Part shown: one piece after another, positions 55,289 to 64,000 of the stretch | Numbering within the stretch: position 1 is the first letter of the stretch | How the letters are laid out: the number at the start of each line of letters is the position of its first letter | NCBI GenBank assembly: GCA_963779755.1 | Contig: CAVZZO010000001.1 | Coordinates: 128,001-192,000, forward strand | From: an uncultured Gemmatimonadales bacterium | GTDB lineage: Bacteria > Gemmatimonadota > Gemmatimonadetes > Gemmatimonadales > GWC2-71-9 | Length of the DNA: 64,000 nt | Direction of reading: 5' to 3' | Translations under genes and position numbers: made by a program | Notes under the pieces: generated by a model | Told to the model about the DNA's origin: nothing | Databases searched by the model: none | The model's input: the letters and a program-made list of their open reading frames with translations, nothing else

Positions 55289-56077
55289 ATGCTCCCCACC
55301 TTCTGCTCCGCCTGCGGCGCCACCGCGCAGGGCGGCAACTTCTGCAGCGCCTGCGGCGCCCCACTGGCCACCGGGTCCTGCCCGTCCTGCGGGACCACGC
55401 TGAGCCCGGGCGCGCGGTTTTGCCATCTCTGCGGAGAGACTGTCGGCGGGCGGGTGGCCCCCAGCCGCGAGCGTACCGCCTGGACCGCGGCGGCCACCGC
55501 CTGCGTCGCGCTGCTGGCGGTCATCATCTGGTGGGTGATCCGCGATGCCCCGGCCCCGGAGGTGCCCGACATGGCCAATCCGGGTACGGCGGCCGCAGCG
55601 GCGAACGCCCCGGGCGGCCTCAGCACCACGGCCTCGGACATCAGCAGCATGAGCCGCCGGGAGCAGTTCGACCGGCTCTACAGCCGGGTCTCGGCCGCCG
55701 CTGCCGCGGGAGACTCCGCCCAGGTGGTAATGTTCCTGCCCATGGCCCTGGGTGCGTATGCCCGGCTCGATACCATCAATGCGTCGGCGCGATTTCAGGC
55801 GGCGATCCTGTATCTGGGCGCCGGCCAGGACGCCGCCGCCCGCGCGCTGGCGGACACCATCGCCGCCAACGGGCAAGGCACTCTCTACGCCGACGCGATT
55901 CGCGCCACGGTGGAGGACATCCAGGGCGACAGCGCCGCCACCCGGCGCAGTTATCGCGATTTTCTCAGCCGCTACGATGCCGAGCTGCGCAGCAACGCCA
56001 ACGTCTACGCCAGCCACCTGAACGAACTCTCCGACTTCCGCATCCGGGCGCAGGCCACCTTGAAGTCCGGGTCCTGA
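55289..56077 (+). CDS. double zinc-ribbon membrane protein with helical (TPR-like) C-terminal domain
   Basis: Four CxxC motifs, one TM segment, Ala-rich helices. Confidence 0.8.
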   Translation: MLPTFCSACGATAQGGNFCSACGAPLATGSCPSCGTTLSPGARFCHLCGETVGGRVAPSRERTAWTAAATACVALLAVIIWWVIRDAPAPEVPDMANPGTAAAAANAPGGLSTTASDISSMSRREQFDRLYSRVSAAAAAGDSAQVVMFLPMALGAYARLDTINASARFQAAILYLGAGQDAAARALADTIAANGQGTLYADAIRATVEDIQGDSAATRRSYRDFLSRYDAELRSNANVYASHLNELSDFRIRAQATLKSGS

Positions 56078-56112
56078 TTCCCGTTTCCCCTTTTCCCGTT
56101 TCCCCGCTGCTC

Positions 56113-56970
56113 ATGCCTCGCACCATCCACGTCGCCCACAGCCCCGATTCCGACGATGCGTTCATGTTCTACGCACTCGCGGAAGGGAAGCTCGATACCG
56201 GCAGCCTCCGCTACGAACATGAGCTCTCTGATATCGAATCGCTCAACCAGCGGGCCTTGCGCGGCGAGCTCGAAGTCACCGCCGTTTCCATTCACGCCTA
56301 TGCCCATCTGCACCGGCAGTACGCCCTGCTGGGTAGCGGGTCCTCCATGGGCGACGGCTACGGCCCCCGGCTGGTCTCCCGTGCCGAGCGTCCCGGCGAT
56401 CCCCGCTCGGCCCTGCGGGGGCAGCGGGTTGCCATCCCGGGCCGGCTGACCACCGCCTGGCTGGCGCTGCAGCTCTACCAGCCCGAGGTGGAGGCGGTCG
56501 TGGTCCCGTTCGACCAGATCGAGGATGCCGTGGCGCGGGGCGAGGTTGAGGTGGGGCTTCTGATCCACGAGGGCCAGCTCACCTATGGCGACGCCGGGTT
56601 CCACCTGTGGGAAGACCTCGGCGCCTGGTGGCTGGGCGACACCGGCTTGCCCCTCCCGCTGGGCGGCAACGTGGTTCGCCGCGATCTGGGCCGGGACGTG
56701 GTCCACCAGATCGCCCGCGACCTCCGGGCCAGCATCCAGTACGGCCTGGCGCACCGGGCCTCGGCCCTGGCCCACGCGCGGCAGTACAGCCGCGGCCTTA
56801 CGGAGGAGCGGACCGACGCCTTTGTGGGGATGTATGTCAACGAGTGGACCCTGGACTACGGTCCCCGCGGGCGCGCCGCGGTACAGGCGCTGCTCGACCG
56901 GGCCTGGGACGCGGGCCTGATTCCCGGGCAGGTGACCGCCGAGTTCGTCGACGGGGAGCCGATTTCTTGA
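56113..56970 (+). CDS. mqnD: 1,4-dihydroxy-6-naphthoate synthase (futalosine menaquinone pathway)
   Basis: HSPDSDDAFMF, DIESLN, GYGP, PGRLTTA, LIHEGQLTY, LPLGG, MYVN. Confidence 0.85.
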   Translation: MPRTIHVAHSPDSDDAFMFYALAEGKLDTGSLRYEHELSDIESLNQRALRGELEVTAVSIHAYAHLHRQYALLGSGSSMGDGYGPRLVSRAERPGDPRSALRGQRVAIPGRLTTAWLALQLYQPEVEAVVVPFDQIEDAVARGEVEVGLLIHEGQLTYGDAGFHLWEDLGAWWLGDTGLPLPLGGNVVRRDLGRDVVHQIARDLRASIQYGLAHRASALAHARQYSRGLTEERTDAFVGMYVNEWTLDYGPRGRAAVQALLDRAWDAGLIPGQVTAEFVDGEPIS

Positions 56971-57066
56971 CGGTCTTCGAAGCCCCCGGTACCTTCTCTG
57001 CAATACGGCGGCCTGCCCGGTGGCCTCTTCCGGCAGCCGCCGTTCACCTCTCAGCACCCGAGTAGA

Positions 57067-58125
57067 ATGACCCAGGGCCCCACCACGGTACTCGTCGTCG
57101 ACGACGAAGAGCCGATTCGCACCGCGCTCCGCAAGTACCTCACACAGCAGGGGTACGAGGTCAGCACGGCCGCGAACGGCGAGGAGGCCCTCGCGGTGCT
57201 GCAGCGGCAGAAGATCGCCTGTATGCTGCTCGACGTCCGCATGCCCGGCATCAGCGGGGTCGACCTGGTCCCGCGGGTGATGGAAATCGAGCCCAACATC
57301 GCACTCCTCATGCTGACCGCGGTGAACGACGCCACCAGCGCCGCCCTGTGCATGCAGCGGGGCGCCCTGGACTATCTCACCAAGCCGGTCGAACTCTTCG
57401 AGCTGGAGCGCGCGGTCCAACGGGCCCTGAAGCGGCGCGGCACCGCGCTGGAGCAGCAGAATCTCAACCATTGGCTCAAGGAGGAGGTCGCCCTGCGCAC
57501 CGCCGAGGTGCGCAGCGAGCGGGCCAAGCTGGAGCGCCTCTCCGTCGCCACCCTGGAAACGCTGGTCAATGCGCTCGAGGCCAAGGATCCCTACCTCCGC
57601 GGCCACTCCGCCCGTATCGCCGACCTGTCGGCCAGCATCGCCGCCGAGATGGGACTGCCGGATGAAACGGTCGAATCCATCCGCACCGCCGGCCGGCTGC
57701 ACGACATCGGCAAGATCGGCATCCGGGAGGAGATCCTCAACAAGGAAGGGCCGCTGACCGCCGCGGAGTACGAGCAAGTCAAGCAGCACGTGCTGGTGGG
57801 CTCGCAGATCCTGGCTCCCCTGGCGCACCTGCGCGACATCCTGGGGTACGTCCGCAGCCATCACGAGCGCTGGGACGGCAAGGGCTATCCCGACGGGCTG
57901 CGGGATGCCGCGATCCCGGTCGGCGCCCGGATCATCGGCACGGCCGAGATCTACGATGCCCTTACCACCAGCCGGCCCTACCAGGAAAAAATGCTCCCCG
58001 AGATGGCCGTCGAGCGCATGCGCGATCTGACCGGCACCGTGCTCGATCCCGACGTGCATACCGCGCTCGAGGCCGTGGTGAAGCGCCGCCAGGCGCTGGT
58101 CTTTCTCGACGAAGAAAAGACCTGA
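57067..58125 (+). CDS. response regulator with HD-GYP phosphodiesterase domain (RpfG-like)
   Basis: Receiver (VVDDE, LDVRMP, KP); GHS, LHDIGK, HHERWDGKGYP, RPY. Confidence 0.93.
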   Translation: MTQGPTTVLVVDDEEPIRTALRKYLTQQGYEVSTAANGEEALAVLQRQKIACMLLDVRMPGISGVDLVPRVMEIEPNIALLMLTAVNDATSAALCMQRGALDYLTKPVELFELERAVQRALKRRGTALEQQNLNHWLKEEVALRTAEVRSERAKLERLSVATLETLVNALEAKDPYLRGHSARIADLSASIAAEMGLPDETVESIRTAGRLHDIGKIGIREEILNKEGPLTAAEYEQVKQHVLVGSQILAPLAHLRDILGYVRSHHERWDGKGYPDGLRDAAIPVGARIIGTAEIYDALTTSRPYQEKMLPEMAVERMRDLTGTVLDPDVHTALEAVVKRRQALVFLDEEKT

Positions 58126-58242
58126 TCCCGGCCCCAATGGCCGCCGCCGGACCACGAGGCCTCCCCGCGGGACGGCCTCGTTCCGTTCACGCGCCGGAAG
58201 AGGTAGGTTTCCGGATTCTCTCTCCTCCCGCATGGAGCGCCC

Positions 58243-58614
58243 ATGCCGAAGGTGATCCTCGTCATAGAAGACGATCCCGCGCAGCGGCGATTGATCGAGG
58301 GAATGCTGGGCGCCTCGGGCTACCGTACCGCGAGTGCTTCCGACGGCGACAGCGGGCTGGCCGCGGCCCGCGCCCGCACTCCAGATTTGATCATCCTCGA
58401 TGTCATGATGCCCGGGCGTAATGGATACCAGACGTGCCGCGCCCTCCGGGCCGAGGAAGCCACCCGGCAGGTCCCGATCCTGATCCTGACCGCCAAGGAA
58501 CAGGAGACCGACCGGTTCTGGGCCGCCCAGGTGGGCTCGTCCGGCTTCCTGCGGAAGCCGGTCGAACCAGCCGAATTGCTGGATGCCGTCGCCGGGCTGC
58601 TGGGCCGGCCGTGA
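58243..58614 (+). CDS. single-domain response regulator
   Basis: VIEDD, ILDVMMP, LTA, KP; GGAG RBS. Confidence 0.92.
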   Translation: MPKVILVIEDDPAQRRLIEGMLGASGYRTASASDGDSGLAAARARTPDLIILDVMMPGRNGYQTCRALRAEEATRQVPILILTAKEQETDRFWAAQVGSSGFLRKPVEPAELLDAVAGLLGRP

Positions 58615-61600
58615 GCTTTCTCGACGTCATTCTGGTCGCCGCGGCCGCTATCGCGGCGATCGCCATCATCGCCGTACTTACCTGGCTGCTCTACACCAGC
58701 TATCTCAACCGGCTGGAGCACCGGCTCGCGGTCCGCAAGGGATTCTACCGGGACACCGTGGCCGGCATGGCCGCGCGCGACCGCGCGCTGCTGGAACCCG
58801 TGCTGCACCAGATTTCCACCTATCGGGATTTCGAAGCGCTGGAGGCGGTGCTGGAGGAGCAGGCGCGGGGCGCCACCGAACGGCCCGCCTGGCTGCTCGA
58901 CACCTACGACCGGCTCGGGCTGGTGGACAAGTACATCCGCCAGGTGCGGGAAGGCCGGCGCTGGCGCGAACGGGCGTTCGCGGCGGAGTTGCTGGGCCGG
59001 GTCGGGAATGCCAAGGCGGTGGGACCGCTGCTGGAGACGGTCCAGGCAACCCGGGCGGAGGACGCCGATGTGCGGGAGATCGCCTTGCGCGCCCTGGCCC
59101 GCATCGCCGATCCCCGCGCGGTGCCGCCGCTGGCTGAGGCGCTCCGGCGCGCGGAGGTCTGGCTCGCCCCGCGGATCGCGGATATCCTGGCCCGCCACGG
59201 CGAAGTCGTGGTAGACCCGATGATCGCCTTCCTGGAGGAACGAAGCCAGCATCCCGCCCGTGCCTGGGCGGCGAATATCCTGGGCGAAGTCAGGGCGGTG
59301 CGCGCCTTTCCCACCCTGGTCCGTGCGCTGGACGACCTGGACGACGAGGTGCGGGCCAAGTCCGCCACCGCCCTCGGCAAGCTGCACGATCAGCGTGCGA
59401 TCACCTATCTGCTCGATCACCTGCTGACCGACCCCGCGCCCTTTGTCCGGGCGCGCATCGCCAGCGCGCTGGGCCGGTTCAACGACCCCGAGGTCATCGA
59501 TACCCTGGTGCGCGCCCTGGGCGATCCCGCCTGGTGGGTCCGCATGCGCAGCGTCGAAGCCCTGGAGCAGATCGGGGCGGTCGCCGAGGCGCCGCTCATG
59601 CTGGCCCTGGATGACACCGATCCGGAAATCCGCATCCGTGCCGCCGTGGCGCTGGAACGTCTGGGCGTCCCCAACCGGCTGATCGGGCAGATCGAAAGTG
59701 GCACCGCCTCGCCCGAGGTCGGCGAAATCCTTACCAAATTCGGCCTGGCGGGCGCGCGGGAGCTGCTGGCCGAGCAGCTGCAGCACCCCTCTCCGCTGGT
59801 GCGGCGGGCGGTCATTGAAGCCATTCAGCGCGCCGGACGCCGCGACCTCGCTCCGGAGCTCACCCAGGTCGCGCGGCACGACGACGATCCCTCCCTCCGT
59901 GCCTTTGCCTTCGAGACCTTGCGGCACCTGGGGGCCAGCGAAGCCGTGCCCACGGCGCTGGAAGGGCTGGGTGATCCTCATCGGGACGTCCGCACGGCGG
60001 CGATGCGGCTGGTCGGCGATCTGGGCGAGGCGGAGGTGGCCGACATGATCCGCCCTCGCACCACCGACAAGGAACCGGTGGTGCGCGCCGCGGCCGCCCG
60101 CGCACTGGGGCAGCTGCATGCGCGCGATGCCCAGCCCGAGTTGGCGCGGCTGCTGAAAGATCCGGTCCCCGAAGTACGCGCCGCCGCCACCGACGGCGTG
60201 GCGGACAGCAACGGCACCTGGGGCGTCCCCGAGCTGGGGCACCTGCTGGGCGATGCCGATCCCGCCGTGCGAAGCGGCGCGGCCCGGGCGCTCGGCCGGG
60301 TGGGGGACGCTTCCGTGCTGCCCGCCCTGCTGCGCAGCTTTCAGACCGGAACACCCGAGCTGCGCGAAGTCATCGCCGATGCCGTCGCCCGCCTCGACCC
60401 GGCCGCACTGCCGGGCCTGCTCGACGTGCTCATCGCCGCCGGCGACCGGGACTCCCGTCTGGGCGTGGTACGGATTCTCACCGGTATCGACACCCCCGCC
60501 AGCCTCGACCTGCTGGAGGTCGTCTGGCACGACCACAGCCCGGAGGTACGGGCGCTGACGGTGGATGCCCTTGCCCGGCTGGGGAGCGATCGCGCCGCCG
60601 GTCTTCTGGGCCAGGGGCTGCAGGATCCCGATGCCACGGTACGGGCCCGCACGGCCGACGCCCTGGCCCGGCTGGGCCGCGCCGAGTTCGGGCCTGCCCT
60701 GCGTTCCCTGCTGGCCGACGACCCCGCCCCACGCGTGCGGGAGCGGGCCGCCCTGGCGGTGGGCGCCCTGCAGGTCCCCGGCGGCGAGGCAGCCCTGCTC
60801 CACGCCTGCCGGGCGGACGAGCCGCTCTCGGTGCGGGCCGCCGCGGCGCTGGCCGTCGGCGCCTACGATCAGGAGAGCATCGTGGCCCAGGTGGTCGGCA
60901 TGGTAGACGAGGAGCCGGTACGGGAACACCTGCGCGACTGCCTTCGCGATGATCCGGGTTACCGGGTCATTCGCGAGCGGCTGCGCGAGGCGCGGCAGGT
61001 CGAGCTGCGCGCGCTGGGCAGCCTCAACCGCGACCAGATGGAAGCCTCCCTGGTGGAAGGCATGCGCTCGGTGCTCGAGGCCGGTGAGCGGGTGCGCCTG
61101 ATCGGGGCGCTCCACGCCTTCCAGGGCGAGCGCAGCCGGCGCGCCCTGCTGTATTCCGTTCGGAACGACCCCGACCCCGAGGTGCGCGCCGCCGCGCTGA
61201 GCGCGGTGGGCGGGATGCTCGAGGCAGGAGAGCTGGTGCTCACGGCGCGGCGCGCCGTGTCCGACCCCCACCCCGCCGTGCGCCGGGTGGCGGTCACCCT
61301 CTTCTCCCGGGTGCCGCCCGAGGAGGCGCTGCCGGTCCTGATCCGCGTGGTGCGCCCCGGCGACGAGGACCCCGCGCTGCTGCAGACCATCGCCGCGCAT
61401 GCCGAGCAGGCGTTCGATACCTTCGTGGACCTGACCCTGGGATTGGCCCAGTCCGGCCGGGAGGGACTCGTCGTCACCCGCGTGGCGCGCTATATCCATC
61501 ATGCCGGGCTGCGCAATCTGCTGCCGCCGCTGGCCCGGAGTGCGGTGCCGGAAGTGCGGGAAGGACTGGCGCGCCTCTGGTGGCAGCGGCCGGAGCTGGC

Positions 61601-62090
61601 GCAACCCGACGCATTGCGCAACCTGGTCGCCGATCCGGTCACTGCCGTCCGGCGCGAGGCCGTCCGGGCGCTGGCCCTCAATCCCGGCGCCGCCGATCTG
61701 GCGGCCCTGGCAGAGGACCCGGTGGCGGAGATCCGCACCGAGCTGGCGCGGGTGCTCCCGGCGGCATCCGCGGCGCTGGCAGAACTGCGGCGGGATCCGG
61801 TGGAGGCGGTACGCGCCGCCGCCTGGTACAGCGAATTGGGCCGGGGCGGGAGCACGGAGGTCCCGGCGGACGTGTCGCGGGAGGCCCTGGTGGCCGAGGT
61901 CCGCGCCATCGCCGTGCTGGCCGATCTGGTGCGCATCGCCCGGTCGGATCCTGACACGGACCGGCGGCGCGCCGCCGGAGTCGGGCTGGCCCTGCTCCAG
62001 GATCCGGCCGCGCGGCAGGTAGCCTCCGAAGACCCGGCGCCCACGGTGCGGGATGCCGTGCGGCGGTGGCTCGAGGCGGGCCCGGCCTGA
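58611..62090 (+). CDS. membrane-anchored HEAT-repeat protein (1159 aa)
   Basis: N-terminal TM; many L.D.(D/P)..VR..AA.AL repeats; GTGA overlap with the upstream gene. Confidence 0.9.
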   Translation: MSFLDVILVAAAAIAAIAIIAVLTWLLYTSYLNRLEHRLAVRKGFYRDTVAGMAARDRALLEPVLHQISTYRDFEALEAVLEEQARGATERPAWLLDTYDRLGLVDKYIRQVREGRRWRERAFAAELLGRVGNAKAVGPLLETVQATRAEDADVREIALRALARIADPRAVPPLAEALRRAEVWLAPRIADILARHGEVVVDPMIAFLEERSQHPARAWAANILGEVRAVRAFPTLVRALDDLDDEVRAKSATALGKLHDQRAITYLLDHLLTDPAPFVRARIASALGRFNDPEVIDTLVRALGDPAWWVRMRSVEALEQIGAVAEAPLMLALDDTDPEIRIRAAVALERLGVPNRLIGQIESGTASPEVGEILTKFGLAGARELLAEQLQHPSPLVRRAVIEAIQRAGRRDLAPELTQVARHDDDPSLRAFAFETLRHLGASEAVPTALEGLGDPHRDVRTAAMRLVGDLGEAEVADMIRPRTTDKEPVVRAAAARALGQLHARDAQPELARLLKDPVPEVRAAATDGVADSNGTWGVPELGHLLGDADPAVRSGAARALGRVGDASVLPALLRSFQTGTPELREVIADAVARLDPAALPGLLDVLIAAGDRDSRLGVVRILTGIDTPASLDLLEVVWHDHSPEVRALTVDALARLGSDRAAGLLGQGLQDPDATVRARTADALARLGRAEFGPALRSLLADDPAPRVRERAALAVGALQVPGGEAALLHACRADEPLSVRAAAALAVGAYDQESIVAQVVGMVDEEPVREHLRDCLRDDPGYRVIRERLREARQVELRALGSLNRDQMEASLVEGMRSVLEAGERVRLIGALHAFQGERSRRALLYSVRNDPDPEVRAAALSAVGGMLEAGELVLTARRAVSDPHPAVRRVAVTLFSRVPPEEALPVLIRVVRPGDEDPALLQTIAAHAEQAFDTFVDLTLGLAQSGREGLVVTRVARYIHHAGLRNLLPPLARSAVPEVREGLARLWWQRPELAQPDALRNLVADPVTAVRREAVRALALNPGAADLAALAEDPVAEIRTELARVLPAASAALAELRRDPVEAVRAAAWYSELGRGGSTEVPADVSREALVAEVRAIAVLADLVRIARSDPDTDRRRAAGVGLALLQDPAARQVASEDPAPTVRDAVRRWLEAGPA

Positions 62091-63667
62091 TGACGCGCGA
62101 GGGACTGATCACGGCACTGGCGATTCTGGGGCTCGTCCTCCAGCCGTTCTTTCTTGTCTACTTCCTGCTCTACAATACCTACACCTTGTCGCTGATCGTG
62201 CTGTCCGCGCGCCAGGTGCGGCGGCGCGTCGCGGGTCACTTTATCGAAGACCTCGACCTCATCGACGAGCACGACTCCACTAAGCCGCTTACCATGGTCG
62301 TCCCCGCCTACAACGAGGAAGTGACCATCGTGGATACGGTCACCAACCTGATCCACTGTGACTACCCCCGCTTCGAAGTGGTGGTAGTGAACGACGGATC
62401 GGGGGATCGTACCCTGGACATGCTCAAGCAGGCGTTCCGTCTGCGGCGGACCGACCTGGCCTACCGTGAGGCCATCGGGACCGCCCGGGTGCGCGCCACC
62501 TACGAGGCGACCATCCCGCTGCCGGCCAGCGTCACCAAGGTCGTGGTCATCGACAAGGAAAACGCGGGCAAGGCCGATGCCCTGAACGCCGGCATCAATG
62601 CCTCCACCGCGCCCTACTTCGTGTCCCTCGATGCCGACTCCATCCTGGACCAGCGGGCGCTCAAGGAGCTCATGCGGGTCATCCAGGAGGATCCCCGGGT
62701 GGTGGCGGTGGGAGGCCAGGTCGCCATCGCCAACGGCTGCGCCATCCGCAACGGCCGGGTCGTGAGCGTGGGGCTACCCACCAGCCCGCTCGCCCGCTTC
62801 CAGATGGTGGAGTACCTCCGGTCCTTTACCACCGGGCGCACCGGGCTCGACCGGCTCGACGCCATCCTGATCCTCTCCGGCGTGTTTGCCGTCTTCGAGA
62901 AGGAGACCGTCATCCGGGCCGGCGGCTATCTCACCCCGTTCGTCACGCATCGCATCGTGGAGGAGTACGTCGGCGGGCGCACCGGTACGGTGTGCGAGGA
63001 CATGGAAATCATCGTGCGGCTGCACCGGTTCGTACGCGACAAGCTGCGCGACAAGCGGGTAGCGTTTCTGCCCCATCCCGTGGCCTGGACCGAGGTCCCC
63101 GAACGCCGCGACTCCCTGCGCAAGCAGCGCGGCCGCTGGTATCGGGGCCTGCGCGAGTCGCTGCTCTACCACCGCCGGATGCTGTTCAACCGGAACTTCG
63201 GCCGCATCGGTTTCTTTGCCCTGCCCACCTTCTGGCTCTTCGAATACTGGGGCCCGGTGATCGAGCTGACGGGCTATTGTTTCGTCGCGCTCTTTCTGCT
63301 GGCCGAATTGGTACTGCACCGCAACTTTCTCAACGAAGCCTATGCGGTGGCCTTCTTCCTGGCCTCGCTGGGCTACGGCATTCTGGTGAATCTGCTGGCG
63401 GTGCTGGTGGGCGCCTGGCGCTTCCGTTTCGGCCTGGCCGATCGCATGCAGCGGGGCCTCCTGCCCTTCAGCCGCCGCCGCGATGTGATGATCCTGCTGC
63501 TCTACGCCGTGCTGGAGAACATCCCGTTCTCCTACCGCCACTGGACTCTGTACTGGCGCATGCGCGGCCTGTGGGACGCCTGGCGGGGCAAGACCACCTG
63601 GGAAAAATTCGCCCGCGTCGGGTTCCGCACCGCCCCCGGCGCGGCGCCGGGCAGCGTCCATGGCTGA
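62090..63667 (+). CDS. processive GT2 glycosyltransferase (PgaC/IcaA/BcsA superfamily)
   Basis: VPAYNEE, VNDGS, GKADALN, DAD, CED, QRGRW; N- and C-terminal TM segments. Confidence 0.92.
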   Translation: MTREGLITALAILGLVLQPFFLVYFLLYNTYTLSLIVLSARQVRRRVAGHFIEDLDLIDEHDSTKPLTMVVPAYNEEVTIVDTVTNLIHCDYPRFEVVVVNDGSGDRTLDMLKQAFRLRRTDLAYREAIGTARVRATYEATIPLPASVTKVVVIDKENAGKADALNAGINASTAPYFVSLDADSILDQRALKELMRVIQEDPRVVAVGGQVAIANGCAIRNGRVVSVGLPTSPLARFQMVEYLRSFTTGRTGLDRLDAILILSGVFAVFEKETVIRAGGYLTPFVTHRIVEEYVGGRTGTVCEDMEIIVRLHRFVRDKLRDKRVAFLPHPVAWTEVPERRDSLRKQRGRWYRGLRESLLYHRRMLFNRNFGRIGFFALPTFWLFEYWGPVIELTGYCFVALFLLAELVLHRNFLNEAYAVAFFLASLGYGILVNLLAVLVGAWRFRFGLADRMQRGLLPFSRRRDVMILLLYAVLENIPFSYRHWTLYWRMRGLWDAWRGKTTWEKFARVGFRTAPGAAPGSVHG

Positions 63668-64000
63668 AGCGGGAAAGCCGCACGTCCTGATCGTCGACGA
63701 CGATCCGGCCATGGCCAACCTGCTGCGCCAGATCCTCGCCGCGGAAGGATACGACTCGCCGGAATGGGCCGATACCGGCCGCGCGGCGCTGGCCCTGGAC
63801 TCCTCCGCCGATATCGTCCTGCTCGATCATCAGCTCCCCGACACCACCGGCCTCGAGCTGCTGGAAACTCTGCGGCACGGGCCGGGACACCCTTCGATCA
63901 TCATGGTGACCGGACACGGCGATGAAATGCTGGCCTCGCTCGCCCTCCGTCGCGGCGCCGACGACTATCTGATCAAGGACGCCTCACTCCCCCGGCTGCT
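63660..64000 (+). CDS. response regulator receiver domain (truncated by the window end)
   Basis: My translation MAEAGKPHVLIVDDD...VLLDHQLPD...MVTGHG...ADDYLIK; not in the ORF track because it has no stop in the window. Confidence 0.9.
   Translation, partial: MAEAGKPHVLIVDDDPAMANLLRQILAAEGYDSPEWADTGRAALALDSSADIVLLDHQLPDTTGLELLETLRHGPGHPSIIMVTGHGDEMLASLALRRGADDYLIKDASLPRL

Noticed and set aside
54636..56112. N-terminal extensions of glnA (702 aa) and mqnD (609 aa)
   Set aside because: They run through repeats, promoter elements and other genes; family-typical starts are at 54635 and 56113
58320..61604. 1094-aa minus-strand ORF
   Set aside because: Antisense shadow of the HEAT-repeat gene

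Overview
High-GC (about 70%) bacterial chromosome segment, most consistent with Gemmatimonadota. That placement is an inference from the gene mix: fused kgd, futalosine-pathway mqnD, fadIJ, type I-alpha glnA, a BTAD-TM-TPR regulator and outer-membrane barrels. About 57 CDS and one tRNA-Cys(GCA) are supported; I found no CRISPR array, rRNA, transposase or integrase. Candidates worth follow-up: (1) a Ku-less DNA-repair/stress cluster (TopIB, an unknown possibly YaaA/DUF6884-like protein, Prim-Pol, LigC) joined by overlapping stop/start codons to an atypical Rho with an RG-rich disordered N-terminus and a degenerate primary RNA-binding site, with the block bracketed by two paralogs of an unknown internally duplicated protein; (2) an HD-GYP / receiver / 1159-aa membrane-anchored HEAT protein / processive GT2 synthase / receiver cluster; (3) a MauG/MbnH-like Tyr-ligated diheme enzyme next to a His/Met/WxW lipoprotein; (4) strand-polarised intergenic 8-mer (GGCAGGAC) and 7-mer tandem repeats at gene ends. 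The 38.7-42.5 kb stretch has several single-base frameshifts that may be sequencing errors. All calls come from reading motifs by eye; no searches were run.
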